In this document: positions 16,713-25,261 of the stretch, piece after piece
How positions within the stretch are numbered: the first letter of the stretch is position 1
How the letters are laid out: every line of letters begins with the position of its first letter
From: Corynebacterium glutamicum ATCC 13032
GTDB lineage: Bacteria > Actinomycetota > Actinomycetes > Mycobacteriales > Mycobacteriaceae
Direction: 5' to 3'
Length of the DNA: 32,000 nt
NCBI RefSeq assembly: GCF_000011325.1
Contig: NC_003450.3
Span: forward strand, 3,060,001 to 3,092,000
Program-made: the position numbers and the translations under genes
Notes under the pieces: generated by a model
Seen by the model: only the letters and a program-made list of their open reading frames with translations
Databases searched by the model: none
Told to the model about the DNA's origin: nothing

Positions 16713-18773
16713 TTACTGAGAGCTATATAAAGGTTCTCCGCGAGGTTCATCAAGTTTAATTTCCCCAGGCCAAGCAATAGTTTCTAACCCGTCCTGAATC
16801 TCTGCAGGGGTCGGGTTAAATTCTTTCAAAAGATCTTCAGGATTATCTGAAATTTCCAGTGTTCTTCCGGTAGTGAGTGCGTATTTAATATTGTCCACAA
16901 ACCGGTGGTAGGACATTGGCTCACGGTAAGTCTGGAAAAGGTGAACCAATTCTGGGTGGCGTAGCGCCTGGCGGGCCTCATAAGTCTTTTGAGTATCCAA
17001 CCAACCCGGTGTGTACGCCAGCGGAGTGGCGGATTCCGCGACCTGCCATTCCAAGTCCATCAATTTATCGTGGCCGATTCGACCACCTTCAATGCGTGGC
17101 TGGCGGGCTGCCAGTGGCGTTGCCAAACCAATCAGGTCTGTCACACGCACGTTGAGCGGTGCGTTCATGGAGGTCATGCCGAGGTTCACATGGAAAACAG
17201 TTGGCGAGAGGTTAGCCAAATCACCGGCTTCAACCCCCTCCACGCGAGGTGTGGTGATCCACGAATAAGTGGTCGGGTCACTGCTGGCCAGAATATTGAG
17301 TTGCTGGCCTGTTGGATTAACCAACGTCTGATCGCGCATAACCTCTGCGTAATCATTCATGGAATCAACAGTGAGGAAATCCTCTGCATAAAGCGGAGGA
17401 TGATCTTCATCTCGGTTGGTGAAATCAATCCAAAAATCACGCTCATCAACCACATGCTGGCCGGTATTTTCCCATTGGTGCCCCTGCACAAAAACCACAG
17501 TGGACCACACCCACGTAGAGAAAACGAGAACCAGCGCAACCAAATCCTGCCAACCTCGATCAACAACATTGACCGGAATGACAGAAACAGGCAGCAGAAT
17601 GGCAAAAAGTGGAAGGAGCAGCATGCGTCCATGCATGAAGTCGCCACCAACACGGATAACGTAAAGGAAGTGGACGAGCGCACAGATAACCAGCAACGCT
17701 ATAGCCATACCCGGAGTGCGCAGCCCCAGCCGCCCCTTCGGTATCGCTAAGTGCTTGTCAGTTTTCCACACTGTCAACGCGCCTGCGGCCAACAGCAAGG
17801 CCAAACCGAGCCACAGGTTGTAAGGCCCCGTGAAATCCTCAACATATTCCCAACCAGTCCCCCACACCGCATCTGAGGCTGATTTCGCTACAGCCGTGTG
17901 CGGCACCATCAGCCCGTAATAACCCATGCGGAAGATTTGGTACGCAGCTGGAAGAGGCAAAGCCGCCACCAGGATCCCCAAAACTACCCGCCATCGTGGC
18001 GCAGTAAGCAGCAGCAACACTCCAGTCAAACCGCCATACATCGCCAGTTCTGGGCGAACCAGCCAGCTCAAGCCTGACCAAAAGGCCAAAGCATAGGTTA
18101 TTGCACCGGCATTAACGATAGGATTTGAAGTTTTTGCGCCCGAAGCCTTCTTGCCCGAGGTCTTGCCCGAAGTCGCCCACAACACCAGCAGCAGCCATTG
18201 GATGGAAATCCACATCAAAGATAGGCCCCACTCCAATCCGGAAGTGGCAAAGTCTCGCGCCGGGGAAAGGCTGAAGTAGCCGATCACGCCTGCAGGAAGC
18301 AATACGGCAATGCGTTTGCGGTGGAGATGCGCGGTACCCAGGACACCGATGATGGACGCTGCGGTGGTGAACAGCAGCGCAAGCCACAGAGCAATATCTT
18401 CGAGGCGATAGTCAGTTACTAAGGCAACCAGATAGATGCAGTATTGCCACAGAGTAGATGTGTTGGCTTCGACGCGTTCGCCAGCGTTGAATACTGGCCC
18501 GTTTCCAGCCAGGAGGTTTCGGACGGTGCGTAGGACGATCAGTCCGTCGTCGCTGATCCATTTGCGGGTCCAGCCTGCCCAGAAAGCAAAGATGCCAGCA
18601 GTAAGGGCCGCTAGAAACGTTGTAATGAGGGTGTAGTTCGGACCAGAAGAACCGTTAGATGCGGCGCGAGGAGCACTGCTTGAGGTTTCTTCAAAGAAGT
18701 CACCTGCGTGTTCAGTTTCTGGATCTGGCTGCTTACCGGTCTCAAACTCCGGACGCTGGGGGCTAAACGTCAT
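16713..18773 (-). CDS. aftB: Terminal beta(1->2) arabinofuranosyltransferase AftB (GT-C)
   Basis: Polytopic N-terminal membrane domain with a DD motif (WISDDGL) plus a soluble C-terminal domain. Synteny is next to ubiA. I prefer the ATG at 18773 (MTFSPQRPEF, 686 aa) over the TTG at 18806, whose extra 11 codons are simply one arm of a hairpin. Confidence 0.88.
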   Translation of the reverse strand: MTFSPQRPEFETGKQPDPETEHAGDFFEETSSSAPRAASNGSSGPNYTLITTFLAALTAGIFAFWAGWTRKWISDDGLIVLRTVRNLLAGNGPVFNAGERVEANTSTLWQYCIYLVALVTDYRLEDIALWLALLFTTAASIIGVLGTAHLHRKRIAVLLPAGVIGYFSLSPARDFATSGLEWGLSLMWISIQWLLLVLWATSGKTSGKKASGAKTSNPIVNAGAITYALAFWSGLSWLVRPELAMYGGLTGVLLLLTAPRWRVVLGILVAALPLPAAYQIFRMGYYGLMVPHTAVAKSASDAVWGTGWEYVEDFTGPYNLWLGLALLLAAGALTVWKTDKHLAIPKGRLGLRTPGMAIALLVICALVHFLYVIRVGGDFMHGRMLLLPLFAILLPVSVIPVNVVDRGWQDLVALVLVFSTWVWSTVVFVQGHQWENTGQHVVDERDFWIDFTNRDEDHPPLYAEDFLTVDSMNDYAEVMRDQTLVNPTGQQLNILASSDPTTYSWITTPRVEGVEAGDLANLSPTVFHVNLGMTSMNAPLNVRVTDLIGLATPLAARQPRIEGGRIGHDKLMDLEWQVAESATPLAYTPGWLDTQKTYEARQALRHPELVHLFQTYREPMSYHRFVDNIKYALTTGRTLEISDNPEDLLKEFNPTPAEIQDGLETIAWPGEIKLDEPRGEPLYSSQ

Positions 18774-18805
18774 GAGGCCACATGCTAGCACCGCATGTGG
18801 CCTCA
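18773..18805 (-). promoter_or_regulatory. Perfect 13-bp stem / 7-nt loop hairpin whose 3' arm ends on the A of the aftB ATG
   Basis: TGAGGCCACATGC (18773-18785) and GCATGTGGCCTCA (18793-18805) are exact reverse complements. A second 7-bp hairpin (ACATGCT/AGCATGT, 18817-18836) lies just downstream of the ubiA stop. Confidence 0.55.
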
Positions 18806-18850
18806 AACGTTAATGGACATGCTGGTCAGAGCATGTTCATTGGTAAATAT

Positions 18851-19849
18851 TCAAAACATCGGCATGATGTACACAGCCATCACGATGCAGAAAACCCATG
18901 CTAGGGCTAGTACCTGCAGAACTTTGTCGCTGAGTGCCACTTCGTCAGGGGCACCGCCGTCGCCGGTGTCTACGCCGGCTGCGTAGCGCAGGATGGCGAT
19001 GGTGAATGGAACCATGGAGATTTGGTACCACGGACCTGCGTCGGTGGAGTGTTGGGAAAGGTCGAAGCCCCACAGTGCGTAGGACATGACCACTGCTGTT
19101 GCTGCCATGGTCCAAACGAAGCGCAGGTAGGTGGGGGTGTAGCTTTCCAGGGACTTGCGGATCTTAGCGCCGGTGCGCTCGTGCAGAAGGATTTCTGCGT
19201 AGCGCTTTCCAGATGCCATGAACAGGGAACCAAACGCAGCGACTAGCAGGAACCACTGGGATAGCTCGATGCCTGCTGCGACACCACCTGCCATTGCGCG
19301 GAGCATGAATCCGGAGGAGACAAGCGCAATATCGATCACTGGCATGTGCTTCCAACCGAAGCAGTATCCCAGCTGCAGCGCAATGTACACGCCAATCACG
19401 CAGGCAAGTGCCACGCCGTCGGTGGCGAGGAAAGACAGTCCGATGGATAGTGCAATGAGCGCCACGGCCATGCCGTATGCCATTCCTACTGGCAGGACTC
19501 CTGCAGCGATGGGGCGGAAACGCTTGGTTGGGTGCTCGCGGTCAGCTTCCACGTCACGGGCATCATTAACCAAGTAAATGGCTGATGCACCGAAGCAGAA
19601 CACTACGAATGCGATAGCAACGTCGATGATCGTGCGCTGGTTGAAGATCGCATCTGCACCAGCAGCAAGTGGTGCTGCTAGCACAAGAACGTTCTTGACC
19701 CACTGCTTGGGGCGCAGCGCCTTGATCATGCCGTCAGCAAGGTTTTTCGGCGGTTGGCGCTTCTTGTTGTCTTCGATTGCCGTGGTGTGCGGTTCGGAGG
19801 TTAAGAAATTTTGGGTATCGCGGTGATGTTCAGCGGCGTGTTCGCTCAC
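18851..19849 (-). CDS. ubiA: Decaprenyl-phosphate 5-phosphoribosyltransferase (UbiA family; Rv3806c orthologue)
   Basis: 332 aa, polytopic, with the prenyltransferase motif NDARDVEADREH. The GTG start overlaps the upstream TGA (GTGA). Confidence 0.9.
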   Translation of the reverse strand: MSEHAAEHHRDTQNFLTSEPHTTAIEDNKKRQPPKNLADGMIKALRPKQWVKNVLVLAAPLAAGADAIFNQRTIIDVAIAFVVFCFGASAIYLVNDARDVEADREHPTKRFRPIAAGVLPVGMAYGMAVALIALSIGLSFLATDGVALACVIGVYIALQLGYCFGWKHMPVIDIALVSSGFMLRAMAGGVAAGIELSQWFLLVAAFGSLFMASGKRYAEILLHERTGAKIRKSLESYTPTYLRFVWTMAATAVVMSYALWGFDLSQHSTDAGPWYQISMVPFTIAILRYAAGVDTGDGGAPDEVALSDKVLQVLALAWVFCIVMAVYIMPMF

Positions 19850-20352
19850 TTCGTAGCCCTTTCGATCTTATGGACGGCCTCTGCGGTCGCTGCTCCCAAC
19901 AACGCGCCGGCTAGCACATCGGTTGGGTAATGCACGCCAAGCACCATGCGTGATAGCACCATGATGGGGATTCCTAGCAGTGGCACTGGTGACTTGGTGA
20001 TGCGCGCAAGATAAACCATAGTTGCGGTTGTCGAGGTCGCATGTGAAGAAGGAAAGCTTAGCTTTGAGGGGGTGCCCACACCAATCCTGATGGCTGGGTC
20101 ATGTGGCCGAGCGCGGCGGACAACTCGTTTGATGATCACTGATGCTGCGTGGCTTCCCAGTGCAGCGATGAAGAGTCCAGCCCAGGAGCGGCGACGTTTT
20201 TTGTCCACAACAGCACCGCCAGCGCCGAGTGCCAGCCAGCCTGCAGCATGTTCGCCGAGCAGGCTGAGTCCTCGTGCGGTGGGCAGTACTCCTGGGGCAT
20301 CCATGAGTTGATCCTGGATTGCTACCAGAATCTGTACTTCCTTATTGCTCAT
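19846..20352 (-). CDS. PAP2-family phosphatase, probable decaprenylphosphoryl-5-phosphoribose phosphatase (Rv3807c-like)
   Basis: PAP2 motifs KRVVRRARP, SFPSSHAT and SRMVLGVHYPTDV. The ATG at 20352 (MSNKEVQ, 168 aa) overlaps the glfT 3' end by 11 nt. The upstream GTG at 20376 is possible but less likely. Confidence 0.8.
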   Translation of the reverse strand: MSNKEVQILVAIQDQLMDAPGVLPTARGLSLLGEHAAGWLALGAGGAVVDKKRRRSWAGLFIAALGSHAASVIIKRVVRRARPHDPAIRIGVGTPSKLSFPSSHATSTTATMVYLARITKSPVPLLGIPIMVLSRMVLGVHYPTDVLAGALLGAATAEAVHKIERATK

Positions 20353-22312
20353 CGAAGACCTTTCCCCAGGCTTCACGGCTCACAAGCTCAGGATGAGCGT
20401 TGCGGTAGGCGCGACTGAGTTCGTCGAAACGCTCTGCTACTTGCTTTTGCAGTGCGCGTGCTTCTTTGCCAAGTTCTTTAGCTTTGTCGCGGTCGCGCTT
20501 GCGGTAGACCACGCCGCGGCCATCCGCGGTGGTAACTGTTGCGCCATCGACTCGGGACAGGCTGAACCAACGTGCTTCGATTGGTGCGAAGTTGGCCTGT
20601 GGCACCTCGTGGTGGGAGGCATCTTCCTTAGACAGGGAGTGCTTCAGGCCCTTAGCCAGCCACATTGCCTTCTTGATTGGGGCCAGGCGTCCACCGATGT
20701 CCTTGGTTGGGACACCCGGCGCGCCGGTTGCTCGTGGCAGTTCGGTGGCGCTTGGCAGCACAACGGCGTCTGGATAGGTTTTGCGAATCGCTGCAATTCG
20801 AGGTAGTGAGGTGTCCAGGATCGAGAAGAGCTGATCTGGTCCTGCAAGGAAGTCCTTCATTGCTTCGTTTTGGATTGCCACGGTGGAGTATTCCAGGCAC
20901 AGCAGGTGCTTGAAGGTGGCTTTTTGCATCGATCGGACAATGCCGTCGACGCTGCCTTGGTGGTACATCGCGGCAACCACGAGGCGGTTGCGGAGGTGGA
21001 AGTAGGCCTGCCAGTCGATGGCGTCGTCTTTGTCGGACCAGGCCATGTGCCAGATTGCGATTCCTGGCCAGGTTGCTGTGGGGAATCCAGCTTTGCGTGC
21101 GCGTAGACCGTATTCGGCGTCGTCCCACTTGATAAAGAGTGGGAGTGGTTGGCCGATCTGTTCGGCGACAACGCGTGGGATCATGCACATCCACCAGCCG
21201 TTGAAGTCAACGTCGATGCGGCGGTGCAGGTCGCGGGAGTTTGGTGCGTCTGGCTTGTCGTCGAATTTACCGCGATCATGTAGTGGGTGTGCAGAGAAGT
21301 CGTGGTCGTAGTGCACGTGTGGTGCGGCGGTCCACATGAAGTCGTGTCCGCCAACTACTTCGCCCATGGTGTGAAGGTGGCTGCGCTCTTGCAGGTTGAG
21401 CATTTGTCCGCCAACGAGGATGGGGGATTTTGCGTAGCGGGCTACCTGAAGCGCACGCAGCACTGAGTCTGGCTCAATAGCAATGTCGTCATCCATGTAC
21501 AGGATGTATGGGCTCTTGGCAGCGCCTGCTTCGCCCTTGCCGTCGACTCCGCCAAGGGCTTCGAACATGATGCGGGAGTAACCGCCGGATCCGCCGAGGT
21601 TGCCCTGGCGGAATTCGAAGAAGCGGTCGCCGAAGTGCTCAACAGCTGCCTTGTAACCTGGCTCGTCGGCAGGGTGCTTGTTGCCTTGATCAGGCATGAT
21701 GACGGTATCAATGACGGCGTCAACTGCTGGGTCGGAGGCAAGTGCTTCCAGTGCTGCAACTGCATCAGCTGGGCGGTTGAAGGTCGGGATTCCGACGGTT
21801 GCACGGGCTTCAAATGGGCCGACTTCAGATCCATCTGGCATGATCTGGGCTTTTGGCGCGTGTGGAGCGTACCAGCCTGCTTCTTCGACGGTTGCGTCGG
21901 TTTCAGCGGTGAGGTCGAACCAGATCCAGCCGCCGTCTTCGAATGGGGCTAATGAAACTTCAAATTCGATGAAGTCATCTTTGACTACGGAACCGGTAAT
22001 TCCGATGCGTGCTCCATCGATCTTGGATCGGTAGAGGTCGACGCGCGCTTCGCCGGAAACTTTCAGTTTCAGTACGACAGAATCTAGCTGTGACCAGCGA
22101 CGCCAGTAGCTTGCAGGAAATGCATTGAAGTAGGTCTGAAAAGACACCTCGGCGCCAGCGGGGACGGAAACGCTAAAACGATCTTCCCATTCCAGGCGTT
22201 CCTTATTACTTTCTGCTTCCAACAGGTACAACGACCTGACATCTGCTGGCTCGCCGCGCCTCGGCAGGAGCACTCGCTGTAGCTGCTCAACCGCCAGGTT
22301 TGTTGCGCTCAT
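20342..22312 (-). CDS. glfT: Galactofuranosyltransferase GlfT2 (galactan polymerase, GT2)
   Basis: GT2 core with YMDDDIAIEPD. The N-terminus MSATNLAVEQLQRVLLPRRGEP aligns, from memory, with the start of mycobacterial GlfT2, so the start is placed at ATG 22312 rather than GTG 22342. Confidence 0.88.
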   Translation of the reverse strand: MSATNLAVEQLQRVLLPRRGEPADVRSLYLLEAESNKERLEWEDRFSVSVPAGAEVSFQTYFNAFPASYWRRWSQLDSVVLKLKVSGEARVDLYRSKIDGARIGITGSVVKDDFIEFEVSLAPFEDGGWIWFDLTAETDATVEEAGWYAPHAPKAQIMPDGSEVGPFEARATVGIPTFNRPADAVAALEALASDPAVDAVIDTVIMPDQGNKHPADEPGYKAAVEHFGDRFFEFRQGNLGGSGGYSRIMFEALGGVDGKGEAGAAKSPYILYMDDDIAIEPDSVLRALQVARYAKSPILVGGQMLNLQERSHLHTMGEVVGGHDFMWTAAPHVHYDHDFSAHPLHDRGKFDDKPDAPNSRDLHRRIDVDFNGWWMCMIPRVVAEQIGQPLPLFIKWDDAEYGLRARKAGFPTATWPGIAIWHMAWSDKDDAIDWQAYFHLRNRLVVAAMYHQGSVDGIVRSMQKATFKHLLCLEYSTVAIQNEAMKDFLAGPDQLFSILDTSLPRIAAIRKTYPDAVVLPSATELPRATGAPGVPTKDIGGRLAPIKKAMWLAKGLKHSLSKEDASHHEVPQANFAPIEARWFSLSRVDGATVTTADGRGVVYRKRDRDKAKELGKEARALQKQVAERFDELSRAYRNAHPELVSREAWGKVFDEQ

Positions 22313-22563
22313 TGACGTATCTTCACCCTTCATTGAACTCACAATTTATCTTGCCTAAGCGTAGTATCCGGACCCCGCATTCACAGAACTTACGCGCCGT
22401 ATCCGCCATGGAAGATCCTGGCAATTGTATGAGATTGTCTGTTTAACCGGGCTGTCTTTAAAAGATTTTGCTTTTCGACGCACCGTTCGGCCGTTATCTA
22501 GATCTGGTCACAATGTCGGTTTTTCATGGATTCATGTCCTTTATCGGACGTACTGTGGGGAGT

Positions 22564-23964
22564 ATGCAACCTTTTCCACTGTCCTTAACCAACAGCTCCG
22601 TCGCTGGTATTGCAGCGGGAGCGTTGCTGTTTCTCTCCGTCCCTTTCGCATCGCCTGTTCACGCGCAAACCATACTGCAAGACACCCTTGAAGTGACTGT
22701 GTTGGATAATGCCGACGAGCTCGCTCCAGAGGATGAGGATTTCCTCAGCACGGAAACACCCAAGATTGATTTCCCTGACTCAGTTACCGCAGTCCGGTAC
22801 ATCACGCTCACGGACAACACTGACAAAATCAATGATGACGTTGAAAATTACCTGCGCGCCGAACACCCCGAGTGGATCCAAACAAACTCTTTCGCCCCTG
22901 GTGAAGTGATCATCGCAGTCGGTTTCGACCCCAACACCATGGGTGCCTACGCGGGTAACGATGTGGCCGCAGAGACTGGGATCGCAGAACAAGACCGCAT
23001 CGACGGCACCACCGATGCGATGCGCCCATTACTCCAAGACGGTCGCATTGCCCTAGGCATGTTGGAGGGTGCAAAATCGGTTGCTGATACCTCTGTCGTT
23101 CGGGAAAGCTCAGCTCCAAGTGGTGGAGTAATCGCCGCTATTTTGGGTGGCATCGCTGCTCTCGTGGCAATTATTGTCGCGTGGGCTACGAGTTACGCGA
23201 ATAAGAAGAAGGCAGAAAAGGCTCGTGAGCAGTTTGATTATGCATCACGCCATTATGGTGAGGTCGCCCAGCAACTCGACGGTATCAACGTGCGAGCGCA
23301 CTCGCTAACTTCCCCACTGGCTGATGATGAGCTCCGCAGGCAATGGGACGATGTAAATTCTCGTTTTCTTGAAGTCAATGATATTTTTGGCAGGCTCGAA
23401 GGTTTGACCTCGACCTCAGAAAACAAGGCATTTCGAAAAGCCTTGCCAGATATTGAAAAAGCTCATACTGCCGTGACTCAAATGGAGATCGCACAGAAAA
23501 ACATTGACACGCTCTACGATATGGAGCACGGCCATGAAGACACCCGTCGCAGGGAATTAACTAGGCTGCGTGCCGATATGCAGGAAGCCCGTCAAGATAT
23601 CAACGATAAAGATGCAGTTGTTGACGATATTCTCCGCACGCTGATCCAGCGCACGGAAACTATCGCACCGTCCGCACCTGATTTCATGGACCAATACGCC
23701 CGCTTGATCCGTGATTATGCCGTGGCGCTTCAAGGTGTGGAAAAGAACCTCGAGCAGGTTAAACAGACCACCGAGCGCAATGCTCCAGCCATCTACGACG
23801 ACAATTGGCGCGTGGGCACTGGCTACAACTCGTGGGTCCCGTACTACATGATCAGTTCTTGGCACGCAGCTGATGTCAGTGCTGCATCGTCAGCTTCTTC
23901 CAGTTCAGCAAATACCACTTTCAGCAGTGGTTTCAGCGGCGCTGGAGGAGGTTCCAGCTGGTAA
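22564..23964 (+). CDS. TPM-domain (DUF5129-like) single-pass membrane protein with helical cytoplasmic region and Gly/Ser-rich tail
   Basis: Signal peptide MQPFPLSL...SPVHAQ. TPM-like ectodomain. TM helix GGVIAAILGGIAALVAIIVAW followed by KKKAEKA. The C-terminal SGFSGAGGGSSW tail is typical of TPM-family proteins. The start is uncertain: the ORF is open from 22468 and no good SD is visible. Confidence 0.65.
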   Translation: MQPFPLSLTNSSVAGIAAGALLFLSVPFASPVHAQTILQDTLEVTVLDNADELAPEDEDFLSTETPKIDFPDSVTAVRYITLTDNTDKINDDVENYLRAEHPEWIQTNSFAPGEVIIAVGFDPNTMGAYAGNDVAAETGIAEQDRIDGTTDAMRPLLQDGRIALGMLEGAKSVADTSVVRESSAPSGGVIAAILGGIAALVAIIVAWATSYANKKKAEKAREQFDYASRHYGEVAQQLDGINVRAHSLTSPLADDELRRQWDDVNSRFLEVNDIFGRLEGLTSTSENKAFRKALPDIEKAHTAVTQMEIAQKNIDTLYDMEHGHEDTRRRELTRLRADMQEARQDINDKDAVVDDILRTLIQRTETIAPSAPDFMDQYARLIRDYAVALQGVEKNLEQVKQTTERNAPAIYDDNWRVGTGYNSWVPYYMISSWHAADVSAASSASSSSANTTFSSGFSGAGGGSSW

Positions 23965-24412
23965 ACACCACCACTGAAGTCAACGCACCGATGGCCCAGC
24001 CGGCAAGCACATCGCTGGGCCAATGCACACCGACATACAACCGAGACAGCCCCACAAGCAGCGCGATTACCCACAGCGTGAGTTTCCACCACCGGTTCAC
24101 GGAGTACCCCACTGCCACGGCACATGCTGCAGCGCCCACAGCATGACCAGAAGGGAATGAAAAGTTAGTTTCTACAACCAAGTGCTCTGCTGTATTTGGT
24201 CGAGGCCGTTCAAACGCCCTCTTGAGAAAATGACTGATCAGATTAGCCAGCCCCACCGCGATCGGGGCAGTGGCGCTCTTGCGCAACAAGCCCCACACAA
24301 GCGCATACACAAACATCAGTGTTGGCCCGGTGAGCTGGGTGAACAAAATAATCACCGGACTCAGCCAAGTCACTCTCAAGCCGATAAATGCGTCGAGGAT
24401 TAGCTGATCCAT
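23933..24412 (-). CDS. Small PAP2-family membrane phosphatase
   Basis: 159 aa with the motifs KRAFERPRP, SFPSGHA and SRLYVGVHWPSDV. SD AAAGGAGAATT before the ATG. The 3' end overlaps the convergent TPM gene by 32 nt. Confidence 0.85.
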   Translation of the reverse strand: MDQLILDAFIGLRVTWLSPVIILFTQLTGPTLMFVYALVWGLLRKSATAPIAVGLANLISHFLKRAFERPRPNTAEHLVVETNFSFPSGHAVGAAACAVAVGYSVNRWWKLTLWVIALLVGLSRLYVGVHWPSDVLAGWAIGALTSVVVFTSWNLLQRR

Positions 24413-24421
24413 AATTCTCCT

Positions 24422-25096
24422 TTACGCAAGTAGGAGTGCATAACAAATGCCGGTTGCAACTGCTCCTGTAACAACGCCCGCCACAATCTCCGACATCGTA
24501 TGATGCTTGATCCGCATACGTGCCCACGCGGTGACTGGGGTAAACAGCAACCCGAGTAACCACCACGAAGAAACCGTCAGACCGAGGAACATCACTAAAC
24601 ACACCCACAGCCCAACATGAACTGAGGCTTTAATTTTCAACGTCACTTGTGCAAACAGAACTAAGAAAATCAGTGCTGAGAACATGCCATCCCAAATCAG
24701 CTGAGGTGCTTCAAGGGCTCTGAGGATAAAAATCAAAATGATGACACAAACAATGATGCCCACAAACACAAGGCCGCGCTGATTTCGGGTCGTCACATGG
24801 TGGTTTCCTACCCTGCCGAGCTTCATCAAGCCCAAAATTAAGATCATCGGAACGATTCCGGTTCCGATTGCCGCCACAATTCCTAGCGTCCAGGCGCCTG
24901 TTACGCCGCCCAGGATGAGGAAAAATCCGATGTTGAGTACCCACGGTGCACAGATTTCACTAACGATTCTGGCCGCAAGCTCACTGAGACTTCTTTTGTT
25001 TTGGTCAGTTGTCACGATCTCCAACCATATAGTGTCCGATTTCCCCTCTCCCGTTGACTGTGGTTCAACCACAGGATCCATCCAGTTTTCCGTCAT
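24422..25096 (-). CDS. Polytopic membrane protein, degenerate PAP2-related
   Basis: Six or more hydrophobic helices. Only a C3-like motif is present (ARMRIKHHTMSEIVAG). The stop overlaps the SD of the downstream PAP2 gene. The start is uncertain: ATG 25096 is preferred, but the ORF is open to TTG 25201 and no SD is visible at either. Confidence 0.6.
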   Translation of the reverse strand: MTENWMDPVVEPQSTGEGKSDTIWLEIVTTDQNKRSLSELAARIVSEICAPWVLNIGFFLILGGVTGAWTLGIVAAIGTGIVPMILILGLMKLGRVGNHHVTTRNQRGLVFVGIIVCVIILIFILRALEAPQLIWDGMFSALIFLVLFAQVTLKIKASVHVGLWVCLVMFLGLTVSSWWLLGLLFTPVTAWARMRIKHHTMSEIVAGVVTGAVATGICYALLLA

Positions 25097-25151
25097 AGGG
25101 GGTACTTTCCCAAAGTTATGTTTTGCCAATTCATTCGATAGATCCTCGCAA

Positions 25152-25246
25152 AAAGTGCACAATACCCACTTTGCAAGAATTACAAACGGGGGCACCCTCA
25201 ATGACTTGAAACACTTTATAGAGTAGAAAGTGAGTCACGACACTTT
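25152..25246. promoter_or_regulatory. Two copies of the inverted repeat AAAGTG-N8/9-CACTTT in the divergent cg3194-like/FMO intergenic region
   Basis: Site 1 is at 25152-25172 (N9) and site 2 at 25227-25246 (N8). An extra CACTTT half-site lies at 25212-25217. Site 2 sits between a candidate -10 (TAGAGT, 25219-25224) and the FMO SD. Confidence 0.4.
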
Positions 25247-25261
25247 TTAAAGGAGGATGCT

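Noticed and set aside
18774-18806. N-terminal extension of aftB from TTG 18806 (697-aa version). Similar upstream extensions exist for glfT (GTG 22342), the PAP2 gene (GTG 20376), the TPM gene (22468), the PAP2-like gene (TTG 25201), psp5 (28332) and the HNH gene (GTG 14048).
   Set aside because: The extensions lack SDs, or lie upstream of the SD. They are encoded by hairpin arms or intergenic-looking sequence, and they precede the point where signal peptides or conserved N-termini begin. The internal starts are better supported, though not proven.
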